From positions 434,001-498,000 of the forward strand of contig OZ251254.1 of the NCBI GenBank assembly GCA_965240325.2: a stretch of DNA of 64,000 nucleotides, written 5' to 3'. The position numbers and the translations under genes are program-made. Positions 11,207 to 22,035 of the stretch are shown here, one piece after another. This stretch comes from Rebecca billardiae RCC1528 (Eukaryota > Protista > Haptophyta). The notes under the pieces are model-generated. The model saw only the letters and a list, made by a program, of their open reading frames with translations, did not search any database and was not told the DNA's origin. Each line of letters opens with the position of its first letter. Position 1 is the first letter of the stretch.

Positions 11207-12750
11207 GGTGGCCGGTGTGGCGGGCGCGGGGCTGCGGAGGGCCGGGGGGCGGGTGCGGAAGCACTGCGGTGCGAGCGAGGTCGGTGCTGGTGTCAAAGGC
11301 ATTTCGGCGCGCGGGGTTGAAATCAAATTTCAAAACCCAGGTCCGGAGTGGCCCCGCCGGTCCCCCGGACCACGGCGGCCCGTCGTGCGTTTCGGGGGGA
11401 GAGGGGTTTGTCGCGAAACGGGCAGGATGGGGAAAAGGGGGGGGGGGGGGGGGGGGGGGGGGGGCTCGCGGCCGCCGCGGGGAGGCCGGGACGGGCGCGG
11501 TCTCCACCTGAGGGCCGGGCGCTGCTCAGGAAGGAGGGCGGCCCACACTCCGCGTGTCGCTCCCCAGTGCCTCCGCACAGGCACACCGCAGGTGTTAGCC
11601 GAGCTGAGGACTAAAATCGTTGTTTCATGTTTATTGTGTTGCAATGACGATGGCGATCGCGAATTCGCGCGGCCGCACGGCTCGCCGCTTCTGACTGCCA
11701 CGGCTCGGTCTTTGTCTTTTACCGCGTCCAACCCTGCCGTCGTCAGCTGCAGCACCTCATCAGCCGCGCGCGTGTTTGAGCAATGCGCCGATGATCACTG
11801 CTGCGGGGATGCCCTCTTCCTGCGACGCGCGCGCCACCCGGCGCCCGGCGCCTGCTTGCAGGCTGCCGCGTGTGCAGCTCACTCGGTCGTAGCCCGTCAT
11901 GCCATCGGTTGAGTGTTGAGCGCGTCGTGAGTGCGACCCCAGGACTGTGGCAGCCGCATGGGCATATGAACAGCGTGCGCGCCCGCGCAGCGACACGAAT
12001 GGCACGGGAGGTACGTTGGGATGCCAGCAACATACAGTACGGTAGTGTGAGTACGTAGCATCGGCTGACTCGAGGCGCGCAAGCGGACAAGTCAATAGCA
12101 TGGCGTAGCTTCGTACCGGGCGGATCTTGCGAAGCGGGGAGAATGATCCGCAGGGCCACTCGTAGGTCGGATGCACGCGATGCACTCCGCGGCCTTGGTC
12201 CATCGAATATGGCCAACCGCTCTGGCCGGCAAAGGACCGACGCCATGTTCGGGAACGCTGCAAGCACACAGGGCGAGGCTCCGCGTCAGTCGAGCTGACT
12301 CTGGATTGTTGCCTGCTGCCGGGGGCCCATGGGGCACTAGGCAGTACGAACCACGGGCGAAATTGATCCCCCGCGCACGCTGCGCCTATGTGTGCGGGCC
12401 CGTCGGCCGTCCGCATCAGCGTGAGCGTGCATGCTGAAAAGTGAGGGGTGCTCGGCGCACCAGACTTGCAAGATGCGTTGCGAACCGCCGATCCCTCGTA
12501 CCGGAACGGCCTATCCGTTAAAACTGACGACCAAGCTCGCGATCCGCAACTCTTCTGGAGCTCCAGCGGCGAGATCGTCGCCGTTCAATACCGCTAAGTC
12601 AAGGCTTAAGTCGAGGTCCAGGATCTCCGCCGCGGCTTAAACGATCCCAAGGCTTCAACCAATATGATCTCGGCTTAGGTCGTCGTCGCGCGAATCGAAA
12701 GCTGAGCCGTGAACGGCCGTCTCGAAACTCTCCCCTGACCAACGACGGCG

Positions 12751-14985
12751 ATGTTGCGCGACGGCTACCTCCGCCTCTCTCTTCTGGCGTGCGTCGCGGG
12801 CGCTCGCGCCGCGACCGCGCCGACGTGCACGACGCCTGGCGAGGACCCGTGGATCACCGGCACGCACAACAAGTGCTGCGAGGGCCTCAAGGAGTGCAAG
12901 TCGGACTGGGACTCGGACGGCGTCTCGAGCTTCCTCTGCCTGCAGGACTGCTTCCAACCGCCGCGCGAGGACATGTGCACGCCCTCAGGCCAAGACCCGT
13001 GGGCGTCGGGCGCGCAGCGCCACTGCTGCGCCGGCCTCGAGTCCTGCCTCGGCGACTTCGACTCGGACGGCATCACCTCCTTCCTCTGCCTCGAGTCGTG
13101 CGACGCGCTGCACACCTCGACGGCGCTGTGCACTCCGGAGGACGAGGACCCGTACTCGTCGGGCGCGCTGCGGCCGTGCTGCGCCGGGACGGACGAGTGC
13201 CTCTACTTCTTCGACGGCCGGGACACTGTGCCCAGCTTCCGCTGCAAGCCCGACTGCGCCGCGCTGTGGGCGCCGTCCGCGCCGCCCGCGCCGTCGGCGC
13301 CGCCCGCGCCGTCGGCGCCGCCCGCGCCCTCGTCGCCACCCGCCGTCCCCGCCGGCATCTCCGTGTGCGAGTCGGTGGGCGACCCGCACATCCAGACGTT
13401 CGACGGCGCGCGGTACGAGTTCCAGGCCGTCGGCACGTACGAGCTCGCGCACGTGCCCGCCGTCGGCCTGCGCGTGCACACGTACCAGTGCCGCTGGGGC
13501 GTCGCCGCCTCGTCCAACACGGCGGTCGCGTTCACGCTGGGCAAGCACACCTACGAGCTGTACGGCGAGCAGCTGCTGATCGACGGCGAGCCGCCGGCGT
13601 TCTTTCTGCAGGAGGCCGCCGCGCGGAAGGGCGGGCCGCACACCGTCCTCCGCTCCAAGTGCGAGCACAAGCTCGACGACGGCGCGACGCTCGAGCTGGG
13701 CGGCGGCGGCGAGCTGCTGGACATGGTGAAGCTCACGCTCGGGCTGACGAGCGTGTACGCGTACCGGCGCACGGGCGACTTCGCCACGTCGCACTGGTAC
13801 GACGTGTACGTGCGCACGCGCGACGAGGCGGTGGTGGGCGACGCCGGCGTCGACGGCCTCTGCGGCGACCCGCTCACGCCCGAGCGGCACGCGCTCGCGC
13901 CGGCCGACTCTCTCTTCACGGTCGGCTCGGCGCCGTTCGTGCAGATGGTGGAGGCGTGCGAGGCGGCGGACGAGGCGGCGCCCGAGCCCCCGTGCGCCAG
14001 CCCCGGCGCGGAGTGCTGCGTGATGGAGCGCTCGCACGCCGCCGAGCTCTGCGCGCACGTCGAGTGTGACCCGGTCGCGCATGAGCGCTGCATGTACGAC
14101 TGCTGTGCCTCGGGCGTCGACGAGTGCAAGAAGGCGTACCCGGACGCGGCCAACTGCCACGTGGGGCCGGCGCGACCGACGTGCACCGCCGTGGGTGGCA
14201 ACCCGTGGGCGTCCGGCTGGCCGAAGATCCCGTGCTGCTCGCCGCTCGCCGAGTGCCTCGGCGACTTTGACGGCGACCAGAGCACGGCGTGGACCTTTGA
14301 GTGCCTCGAGAGCTGCCCTGCGCCGCCGCCGCTGCCGTCCGCGCCGCCCGCGCCATCCGCGCCGCCGTCGCCGCCGCCGTCGCCGCCCCGGAAGCCGGCG
14401 TGCACCGTCGCGGGCGCTGACCCGTGGAAGTACGGCTGGCCCAAGCTGGCGTGCTGCGCCAGGCTGACGGAGTGCCTGTACGACTTTGACCGCGACGACA
14501 GCACGCCGCCGAGCTTCGAGTGCCACGAGACGTGCCCGGCCGCCTCGCCGCCACCGTCCGCGCCGCCGACGCCGCACGCGCCACCTGCGCCGTCCACGCC
14601 GCCTGCGCCGTCCTCGCCGCCGTCGCCGCCGCCGTCGCCGCCGTCGCCGCCGACGTGCACCGTCGCTGGCGCCAACCCGTGGAAGTACGGCTGGCCCAAG
14701 ATCGAGTGCTGCGCTGGGCTGACGGAGTGCCTCGGAGATTTCGACGACGACCCAGACACCGCGTGGAGTTACGAGTGCCACGAGGCGTGCCCAGCGCAGA
14801 CGCAGCCGCAGCAGGCCCGGCGACGGCTGCTCCTCGCGCCGCGCCGTGGGCCTGCGCCGCCGGCGGGGCTGGCGAGCAGCGAGCGGCAGTCCGCTCGTCA
14901 CCAGCAGCACAAGCAGCGCGACGAGCGGTCGTCGCCTCAGGCTCAGCGGCGCCGCCAGTGGTCCTGGCGCTACTGGGCAGACTGA
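12751..14985 (+). CDS. Secreted von Willebrand factor type D (vWD) protein with six Cys-rich DxDxD repeats and Pro-rich linkers
   Basis: Signal peptide, CESVGDPHIQTFDG and VDGLCGD (vWD hallmarks). Six repeats of CT..G.(D/N)PW..G....CC..L.EC..DFD.D....F.C...C. Confidence 0.8.
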   Translation: MLRDGYLRLSLLACVAGARAATAPTCTTPGEDPWITGTHNKCCEGLKECKSDWDSDGVSSFLCLQDCFQPPREDMCTPSGQDPWASGAQRHCCAGLESCLGDFDSDGITSFLCLESCDALHTSTALCTPEDEDPYSSGALRPCCAGTDECLYFFDGRDTVPSFRCKPDCAALWAPSAPPAPSAPPAPSAPPAPSSPPAVPAGISVCESVGDPHIQTFDGARYEFQAVGTYELAHVPAVGLRVHTYQCRWGVAASSNTAVAFTLGKHTYELYGEQLLIDGEPPAFFLQEAAARKGGPHTVLRSKCEHKLDDGATLELGGGGELLDMVKLTLGLTSVYAYRRTGDFATSHWYDVYVRTRDEAVVGDAGVDGLCGDPLTPERHALAPADSLFTVGSAPFVQMVEACEAADEAAPEPPCASPGAECCVMERSHAAELCAHVECDPVAHERCMYDCCASGVDECKKAYPDAANCHVGPARPTCTAVGGNPWASGWPKIPCCSPLAECLGDFDGDQSTAWTFECLESCPAPPPLPSAPPAPSAPPSPPPSPPRKPACTVAGADPWKYGWPKLACCARLTECLYDFDRDDSTPPSFECHETCPAASPPPSAPPTPHAPPAPSTPPAPSSPPSPPPSPPSPPTCTVAGANPWKYGWPKIECCAGLTECLGDFDDDPDTAWSYECHEACPAQTQPQQARRRLLLAPRRGPAPPAGLASSERQSARHQQHKQRDERSSPQAQRRRQWSWRYWAD

Positions 14986-15044
14986 GCAGCAGATATATGT
15001 GACCTAGCGCAGAGAAAATCCGGCAACCGGGTGCCTGATGGCTA

Positions 15045-15630
15045 CAGGCAATCGCGGGCCGCAATAAGGAGCTGTCACGTTAAAACTGAACTGGGGCTTG
15101 CTATCTGCGGATCTGGCCTAGAAACTGAGACTAGCGATGATTGGCTGGTTCACGCTATATACGCGCATAGTCACACTGAAGAAACCGGGACTACGACTGT
15201 AGTCAGTGAGTCTACGTCGCCCGCGGCCGATGAGTGGTCCGCCGAGGGCCCGAGGCGCAGTGCCCGAGTGCGGAGTGGGCGGATGACGCGGCGACGCGGC
15301 CCGACTACGACGGTACAGGCCAAGTCCCGACTGAGTCTCCTGATGACTGACTCCTGGCCAGTGCACCGCAGCATCCATGCAACATAATGCCACATTTGCT
15401 CCAAATAAATGGCCCAAAATTTTCGTCGGCCTCGCCGGCCGGGCCTAAAGACTAAGCGGGGGGCTCTGCCCCCCTGCGACCCCCGCGCCTGCGCGGGGGC
15501 GGACCTAGCGCTAAGAAACTGAGACTCTGTAGGCGCTCGGGCTACCGAACGGCTAATCTAAGAAACCGAGATTAGCCGCGTGAGATCATCGATCTCTGAT
15601 ATCGACTTCTTATTGCCCGCCGATTGCCTG
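15045..15630. mobile_element. MITE family A, copy 2 (inverted relative to copy 1)
   Basis: TA|CAGGCAATCGCGGG ... CCCGCCGATTGCCTG|TTA. Reverse complement of 3257-3779 along its length, with small indels. Confidence 0.85.
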
Positions 15631-16132
15631 TTACTCGGCGGCCGCCGGTCATCGAGTGGCGCCATACCTGATACCGCGCCGCGCGCGCGCATGGTGATAA
15701 CTGATATTGATTGGCGGCATATCATCGTCACACAGCGCGGTCGTCATCAGTCTGCGCTGAACGAACACTTACAGTGTATACCGCCACTGAGTAGCAGTCT
15801 TAGAACTCGCGGCGAGTCCGAGACTCAAGCTCTATACTGACGACTACGGTATGATGAGTAGTGCAGATGTCGTCTGGGCGGGATGACCGTCACCGTGCGC
15901 GCGATCGTCGCGCCGCCGCGGGACCGATCCGGACGAGCAGCACGGCCGGCGGCCGGCGCACTAGCCGCGAGCACAGTCGGGGCGCGGCAGCGGCGACTGA
16001 CGGCGACGCGCGAGTGACAGACTGACAGCCTGTGGTGGCGGCCTGGGAGTGCAGCCGCGCCGTTTGCGCGGGCGAGCCGCCGCCCGCGCCCTCCACGAAG
16101 ACAACAACGCGCCACCCAATCGGTCTGCCGGA

Positions 16133-17804
16133 TCAACTCGGGCAGAAGGTGATCGTGTAGTCCGCCTCGGTGCACACGAACGTCGAGGCCGCGTCGTCGA
16201 ACTGCCACGAGTAGGCTTCCGGAGCGTACGCCTTGAAGAGGTCGGGCACGGCGCCGAGCTCGATGATCGCCTTGGGCTCGGAGGCGTTGTGCGCCTTGCC
16301 GATGCGGATCGCGGGCATCTTCGCGCGCGAGCACTGCGTCGACGCGTACGACGGCGGGTACGCGCCGAACGGCGAGCAGCCGGCGACGCACGCGTCGTTT
16401 GGCGGCGGCCACGTGCCGTTGGGGAAGGGCGTCGGGCAGATGCCGTTGTCCCCGCCGTGGCCGCACTCGCAACAGACGGCGGCGATGTCGTCGGGCGTGA
16501 CCATCGACACGGCGGGCGCGCTCAGGTTGCGGTGCCCGCCGCGCGTCCGGTCAGCGACGTACTTCGAGCCGACCAGCGCCATGAAGTTGCACGCCGAGAG
16601 GCAGCCAATCGCAAACTCGGTGGTCGCATTCGGGCTGAAGCCGAAGGCGTCCGAATCGTTGCGCGCGATGCGCAGCGGCTTGGGGCAGTCCGAGAGGTTG
16701 AACGGGCCGGGCATGGCGGGCGCGCCGCAGTTGTACTGGTCGGCGGGCGCGCCCGGGCCGGTCACCTTCCTCCCGCCCTTCGGCGCGAGCGACGCCCAGA
16801 TCTTGGACGTGCCGTCCACATTCGACAGATCATAAAAGTCCTGCACTGGAAGCCCTTCGCACACGGCCGGGTCGTATGCTGGCCCGTCGGCGTAGCATGG
16901 CGGGTTGGCGCCGCGCCCGCCGCACAGCGTGAGCTCGAGCAGCGGCCCGGGCGGCAGGCCGCCGATGAACTCCCCCTTCGCCCCCCTGCACGTCGTCTCG
17001 TTGGCGCCTGGGGATCGGAGGGTAGGGGTGGGCGCGCGCGCGCGTGCGCTAGTGAGCAGCCGGGGCACCGGCGCGCGCGCCCGCCGCGCGCGCATCGCGC
17101 GCGCGCGCGCGCGCACCTGGGCAGTTGCCCGTGTCGCACCACATCGTGCCGTTCGGCCCGCACGACAGCGGGTTGCACGGCGACGTGCAATTCGGCCGCG
17201 CCCAGATCCGGCCGGAGAAGAGCCGCTCGGAGACGGCGTGCGATTTGGACTGGCCGCTGCCGAGGTGAAACCCGCCGTCGCCGGGCAGCCGGTGCTTGAG
17301 GAACTGCGCCGGCTCGTGCCACGTGAACCCCTGCATGTTCACCATCAGGTCGCCCGGGCACTGGTTCACGAACTTGAGCGTGCGTGTGCGCCCGGGGTTG
17401 GTGCCGTGTGCGCCAGCGGAGAAGTGGCAGGACGGAAGGCGCGGGGGCGCCGGCGGCGCCGGCGGTGGAGAGTGGTGGGCGGGCTTGAGCGCCGGCGCCT
17501 TCTCCTCGCGGGTGGGCTTGACTGGTGCCACCTTCTCCTCCTCGTCGTCGTGCCCGTGGCCCGTGTGATGGCCATCGTGGTGGCGCTCGTGATGACGGTC
17601 ATGATGATGGCCGCCCGCAAGCGACGGCAGGCCGGCGCGCGCGGCGAGCGAGGTCGAGCCGAGCACGAGAAGCAGCACGGCCGAGGCGGCCGCGGCGGCC
17701 GCGAGCAGACGCGGCTGCCAGCGCTGCGGGCGCACGACGCCGCCCACTAGCGGCTCGGCCGCGTCCTCCGCGGCCGTCGGCCAGCGCATCGCCGAGCGGG
17801 GCAT
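16133..17804 (-). CDS. Thaumatin-like (PR-5/GH152-type) protein with an N-terminal membrane anchor and a His/Pro-rich stalk. Exons 17804-17117, 17007-16133
   Basis: LKFVNQCP, SGRIWARPNC, CDTGNC, LLELTL, QDFYDLSNVDG, CLSAC, FKAYAPEAYSWQFDDAASTFVC, YTITFCP. Confidence 0.9.
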
Positions 17805-17952
17805 CTCGCTGGGCGGGCGTGGCGGCGATGAGCTCCCCAGTGCCGACTGCCGCGCGCGCCCAAGCTCGAGGAGTCCGGGTCAACGGCCGCGTTTCGGCTG
17901 GCGATTGGCCCGGACACGCGGGACACACTGCGCACGCCAGTGGAGTGGCAGG

Positions 17953-19944
17953 ATGGCGCGCGGGGGAGCTCCCGCGCGGCTGCTGGCGCTGCTGCTCTGC
18001 GTGGCGGGCGGCGCGGGCAAGCTGAGCAGCGTGTGCGTGAGCGAGCTCTTCCCCCGCCTCCTCGATGGCGTCGAATGCGACGCCTTCGCCCACCCGTTCC
18101 CATGGCTTCCGCGCGAGCTGCAGCAGAAGCGCCAGCTTCCGCGCATGGCCGCGCTCAACGAGACGCTGCTCTCGGCGGAGCGGCTGTACGCCGGCGCCTC
18201 GTGGCGGGCGTGCGCGGGCGATCCCGCCGGGCGTGCCACGCTCGGCCTCGCGCCCGGCGACGCGCCGCCGGACTTTTGCGTCCACCGCTCGCCCGGACTT
18301 GGGAAGATTTTTGACCAGTACGCCGCAGAGCTGCACCTGCTCTCGCGCTGGCTGCGCGACGGCGGCGCGCGGATCTGCGGCGAGGCGGCGGTGGGCGGGC
18401 GGGCCGACGCGCAGGTCGTCGTGGTGCCCTCGTTCGACTTCCACCTCTTCGTCGCGCGCGGCCGGCAGAAGACCTTTGGGGTACTCCCTTGCGTGGGCCG
18501 ATTTCATTATGAGCGCTATTGGGAGGCCGTGCGTGCGCGCTTCCACCACGCGGGGCTCGAGCGCGCGGGGCTCGCGCCGCCGCTCATCGTGACCACCGAG
18601 GTGTACCCGTGGGACACCGTCGCCAAGCTCGGCCTCTTCGGCGCCCTCGCCAACCTGCCCGCGTCCTTCCGGGCGCGCGTAGTGATCGCCGCCTCCTATT
18701 CAAACGTGCCCCTGGCTGTAAGTGCGATGTTCCCGCATGGGTGGCGAGACGGCGCGGACGCGGAGCTCAAGCGGCGCGAGCATCTCGTGAAGGAGGGGCA
18801 GGCGAGCGAGCGCGCGTTCGGCGGGCCGCACATCGTCTCCATCCCGCAGCACGTCGGCGTCGCGCGCGCGGCGGACTGGCGCGCGCCCGTTCCCGGAAAG
18901 TTCGCGCCGGGGCCGGCCGGCGCGCCGCGACCCATCCTGATTGCTTACGATGCGAGCCCGGAGCGGCGCGGGCAGTTCGTGTTCCCGTGGACGCAGTACA
19001 TCCGCCCGGCGCTCACGGCCGCGCTGCGCGAGGCGGGGGCGACGTGCACGCCCAACGGCGAGCGCTGCGTGCTGTGCGCTGGAAGCGAGGCGGACGGCGC
19101 GTGCGCCGCCGCGCCGCCCGCCCCGCAGTCGGCGCCTTCGGCGCCGCTCGCGAATCGGACCACTGCCCGCGCGCAGCCCGGCGCCGCCTCTGCCCCGTTC
19201 AACCTCTCGGACGTCTCCATGTTCGCGCTCACCGCGCGCGCGACGTTCTGCGTCGAGCCGCCGGGCGACGTGGTGGGCCGCTCGCACGCATATGTCGCCA
19301 TGCTGATGGGCTGCGTGCCTGTACTGGTGGACGGCGGCCATGCTGCCTACGACGACACGATGGCGACCTGGTGGCCGTGGCGCTCGTTGGCGGTGACGAG
19401 GGTGCGGGGCTGGGGCCAGCTCAAACCGGGCGCGCGGCCGGGGAAGAACAGCACGCAGAAGGCCACGAAGCTCCACCCGAGATCGCTTGATTACTCGCGC
19501 TTCGCCGTGGTCGGCCCGGCGAAGGCCTTTGCTAAACCGCGCACCAGCTATGGGCCGCCCCGTCCCAGCTCGGGATGGGTGGAGCGGCTTCGGGAGCTGG
19601 CGCGCACGCCGGGCGCGCTCGCCGACATGCGGAGCGAGCTGCGCCGGGTGCTCCCCTTCATGCACTTTCGGCCGGCGCACGCCGAGTGCGCCGGCGCCGA
19701 CGCGCCGCCGGCCGGCAGCGCGCGCGGCGAGTGTCCGCCTGACGCGTTCGACGGCCTCAGCGCATTCATCGAACGCGCGTACAGACATGCTCTCAGCCGC
19801 CTGCCGAGGCCGGCGCCGCCGCGGCCAGCCCCGGCGCTGCAGGCCGGCGGCGACGTGGCGCCGGCTGAGGCGTGGCCAACTGGCAGCAGGGCGAGGGGCA
19901 GCATCAGGAGCGTCAAGGGCCGCAAGGGCAGGGCGCCTCAGTGA
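17953..19944 (+). CDS. Exostosin/GT47-like glycosyltransferase
   Basis: Signal/anchor LLALLLCVAG. QYAAELHLLSRWL. C-terminal GT47-type motif ATFCVEPPGDVVGRSHAYVAMLMGCVPV. Confidence 0.65.
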   Translation: MARGGAPARLLALLLCVAGGAGKLSSVCVSELFPRLLDGVECDAFAHPFPWLPRELQQKRQLPRMAALNETLLSAERLYAGASWRACAGDPAGRATLGLAPGDAPPDFCVHRSPGLGKIFDQYAAELHLLSRWLRDGGARICGEAAVGGRADAQVVVVPSFDFHLFVARGRQKTFGVLPCVGRFHYERYWEAVRARFHHAGLERAGLAPPLIVTTEVYPWDTVAKLGLFGALANLPASFRARVVIAASYSNVPLAVSAMFPHGWRDGADAELKRREHLVKEGQASERAFGGPHIVSIPQHVGVARAADWRAPVPGKFAPGPAGAPRPILIAYDASPERRGQFVFPWTQYIRPALTAALREAGATCTPNGERCVLCAGSEADGACAAAPPAPQSAPSAPLANRTTARAQPGAASAPFNLSDVSMFALTARATFCVEPPGDVVGRSHAYVAMLMGCVPVLVDGGHAAYDDTMATWWPWRSLAVTRVRGWGQLKPGARPGKNSTQKATKLHPRSLDYSRFAVVGPAKAFAKPRTSYGPPRPSSGWVERLRELARTPGALADMRSELRRVLPFMHFRPAHAECAGADAPPAGSARGECPPDAFDGLSAFIERAYRHALSRLPRPAPPRPAPALQAGGDVAPAEAWPTGSRARGSIRSVKGRKGRAPQ

Positions 19945-20271
19945 CTCCGGCCCGGACCGCAGGCGCTCGGAGGCAGCTGGCAGTGCAGCAGATTTGTCGG
20001 CGGAGCCGCGTCGGCGGCTTCGGAGCGCGCAGACGGCGTCCGACGTCGGGTGTGCCCGCGCCGGTCTGCTGCGGTGTGACACCGGCACTGCTCGCTGATG
20101 CGCCGGCTAGGCGGAAGCCGCTAAAAATCGCTATAATATGGGGGTACTGTATGCGATTTACTAAGAATCAGAGACGCACACAGATTATTTCCAGATTAGT
20201 CCTCTGAGATTGATGGTAAGAGATTCACAGGGCATGGCGGCCGGCGCCGCCGGCTGACGGCCCGTCCCAAG

Positions 20272-22035
20272 ATGAGCAGCGGCCTGGTGGCCTGGCTCGC
20301 ATGCGTCGGCCTGGCCTCTCCCGACGTGCGCGCGTGGCTCAAAGCGTGGCCGCCTCCGTGCCGCGCCTTCGACCCCGACGATCCCAGCTGGAGCGCCCGC
20401 GCGCTCATCACGTGCTCGGAGAACCGGCGGCAGCGACTGCCGCCGGTCCCGTTCTACCTGTACGAGGCCGAGCGGCTGCTCTCGCGCGGCGGCAAGCGCA
20501 AGGGCGTGACCGCGGAGGAGGAGGTCGAGCTGGCCTCCGCGTGCCTCAACCGCACGCGCGTGGATGGCGCCTGGCTCTCCGTGCGCGAGCACCCGTACAC
20601 GGCCGACTTCTTCTTCCTGCAGCAGCTGCTGACGCACCCGTGGCGCGTGCGCTCGGCCGACGAGGCGCTGCTGCTCGTGCCGCCGGTGATGCTCTCGACC
20701 GCGCTCGCGCTCGGCACGGGCGCCGCGCCGATGTGCCGCGCCTACTCCGCGCGACGCGCGCTCCACGTCCTCAACGCCGTCACCTCACATCGGCTCTTCC
20801 GGAGGCGGCGCGCCGACCACCTCTTCACCGCGCCGCTGTGGCGGCACACGGCCCACGCGAACCTCAGGCCGCCGGCGGGCACGCTGTGGGCGTGGTACCA
20901 CGCGCTGGTGGAGCCGATGCTCCCGCCGACGGGGAGCACGGCGCAGTACACCCTCGTGCCCGTGCCGCAGAACCTGCCAGACCTCGGGATCCCGGCGGCG
21001 CGCGCGCTGACCGCGCGCCGCCCGCTGGCGGCCTTCTTCGGCGGCGGCGCGAGCAACAAGACGGCGGGCTGGCCGCAGGGCGGGTACGGCGCGGTGCGGC
21101 TGCCGCTCTTCCTCGCGGCGCTGCCGGGCGCGGAGAACGCGACGTCGGCGGGCGTGGGGCCCGACGGCGGGGTTCTGCTCGTGCACACCGCGCCGCGCCG
21201 CGGAACGGATGCGCGCTACGAGGCCACGCCGCTCACGCGCGCGCTGCCGCCGTGCGCACCGGACTGGAAGACGCTGGCAAAGGCGGCGGCGCAGGCGGCA
21301 CGGCGCGTGCACGCGTGCACCGGCGGCGTGGCGCTCGCGGAGCTCGGCCTGCGCGCGCGCGCAATGCTGTACCTGCGCGGCGACCGCCCGACCACTCGGC
21401 GCTTCCAGGACTGCGCGGCGACCGGCGCCGTGCCCGTCGTCGTCTCAGACGGCCTCCATCGCTCCGGCGGCGTCGCCTTCGAGGCGCTGGTGCCGTACCA
21501 CACGTTCTCGGTGCAGCTGCGCGAGCGGGCGCTGCGCGCCGAGCCGCTCGTCGCGCTGCGCCGCGTGCTCGAGCGGCAGCTGCACGGCGCGCGGCTGCGG
21601 CGCAGCCGGCAACTGCTGCTCCATTTCAGACGGGACCTGCTTTGGCAGTACCAGGAGTCAGAGTCCGGGGCGTGGCCTCGGCAGCATGGGTGCCAGCCCG
21701 GCGCGCGCGCGGCACGGCCGGGGGCGGCAGGCGGCGCGGCACCGGGCGGAGGCGGCGCCGCCGCTGGCTGCGGCGTGGTCCGCAGCCGCGTCGCTGAGAA
21801 CGTACTACTGAGCGCCGCCCTTGCGCTCGCGCAGCCACCGCCCATCAACGCGCACGGGGGCATGAGGGCGCCGTGGTCTTCGTATGATGCATCTGCGGAG
21901 ACACTGGGCTCGGCGGCGAAGGGCGCTGCGGTGGCGCGGCTGCACGATCGGCCTCGTCGGCATGGTCCGCCCCGGGCTGGCAGCAGCGATGACGACACGC
22001 TACCATCCGCATCCCGCAGCGCCGCCACTGCCTGA
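20272..22035 (+). CDS. Exostosin/GT47-like glycosyltransferase
   Basis: FYLYE, HPWRVRSADEALLLVPP, DHLF, AFFGG, LYLRGDRPTTRRFQDCAATGAVPVVVSD..FEALVPYHTFSV. Confidence 0.7.
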   Translation: MSSGLVAWLACVGLASPDVRAWLKAWPPPCRAFDPDDPSWSARALITCSENRRQRLPPVPFYLYEAERLLSRGGKRKGVTAEEEVELASACLNRTRVDGAWLSVREHPYTADFFFLQQLLTHPWRVRSADEALLLVPPVMLSTALALGTGAAPMCRAYSARRALHVLNAVTSHRLFRRRRADHLFTAPLWRHTAHANLRPPAGTLWAWYHALVEPMLPPTGSTAQYTLVPVPQNLPDLGIPAARALTARRPLAAFFGGGASNKTAGWPQGGYGAVRLPLFLAALPGAENATSAGVGPDGGVLLVHTAPRRGTDARYEATPLTRALPPCAPDWKTLAKAAAQAARRVHACTGGVALAELGLRARAMLYLRGDRPTTRRFQDCAATGAVPVVVSDGLHRSGGVAFEALVPYHTFSVQLRERALRAEPLVALRRVLERQLHGARLRRSRQLLLHFRRDLLWQYQESESGAWPRQHGCQPGARAARPGAAGGAAPGGGGAAAGCGVVRSRVAENVLLSAALALAQPPPINAHGGMRAPWSSYDASAETLGSAAKGAAVARLHDRPRRHGPPRAGSSDDDTLPSASRSAATA

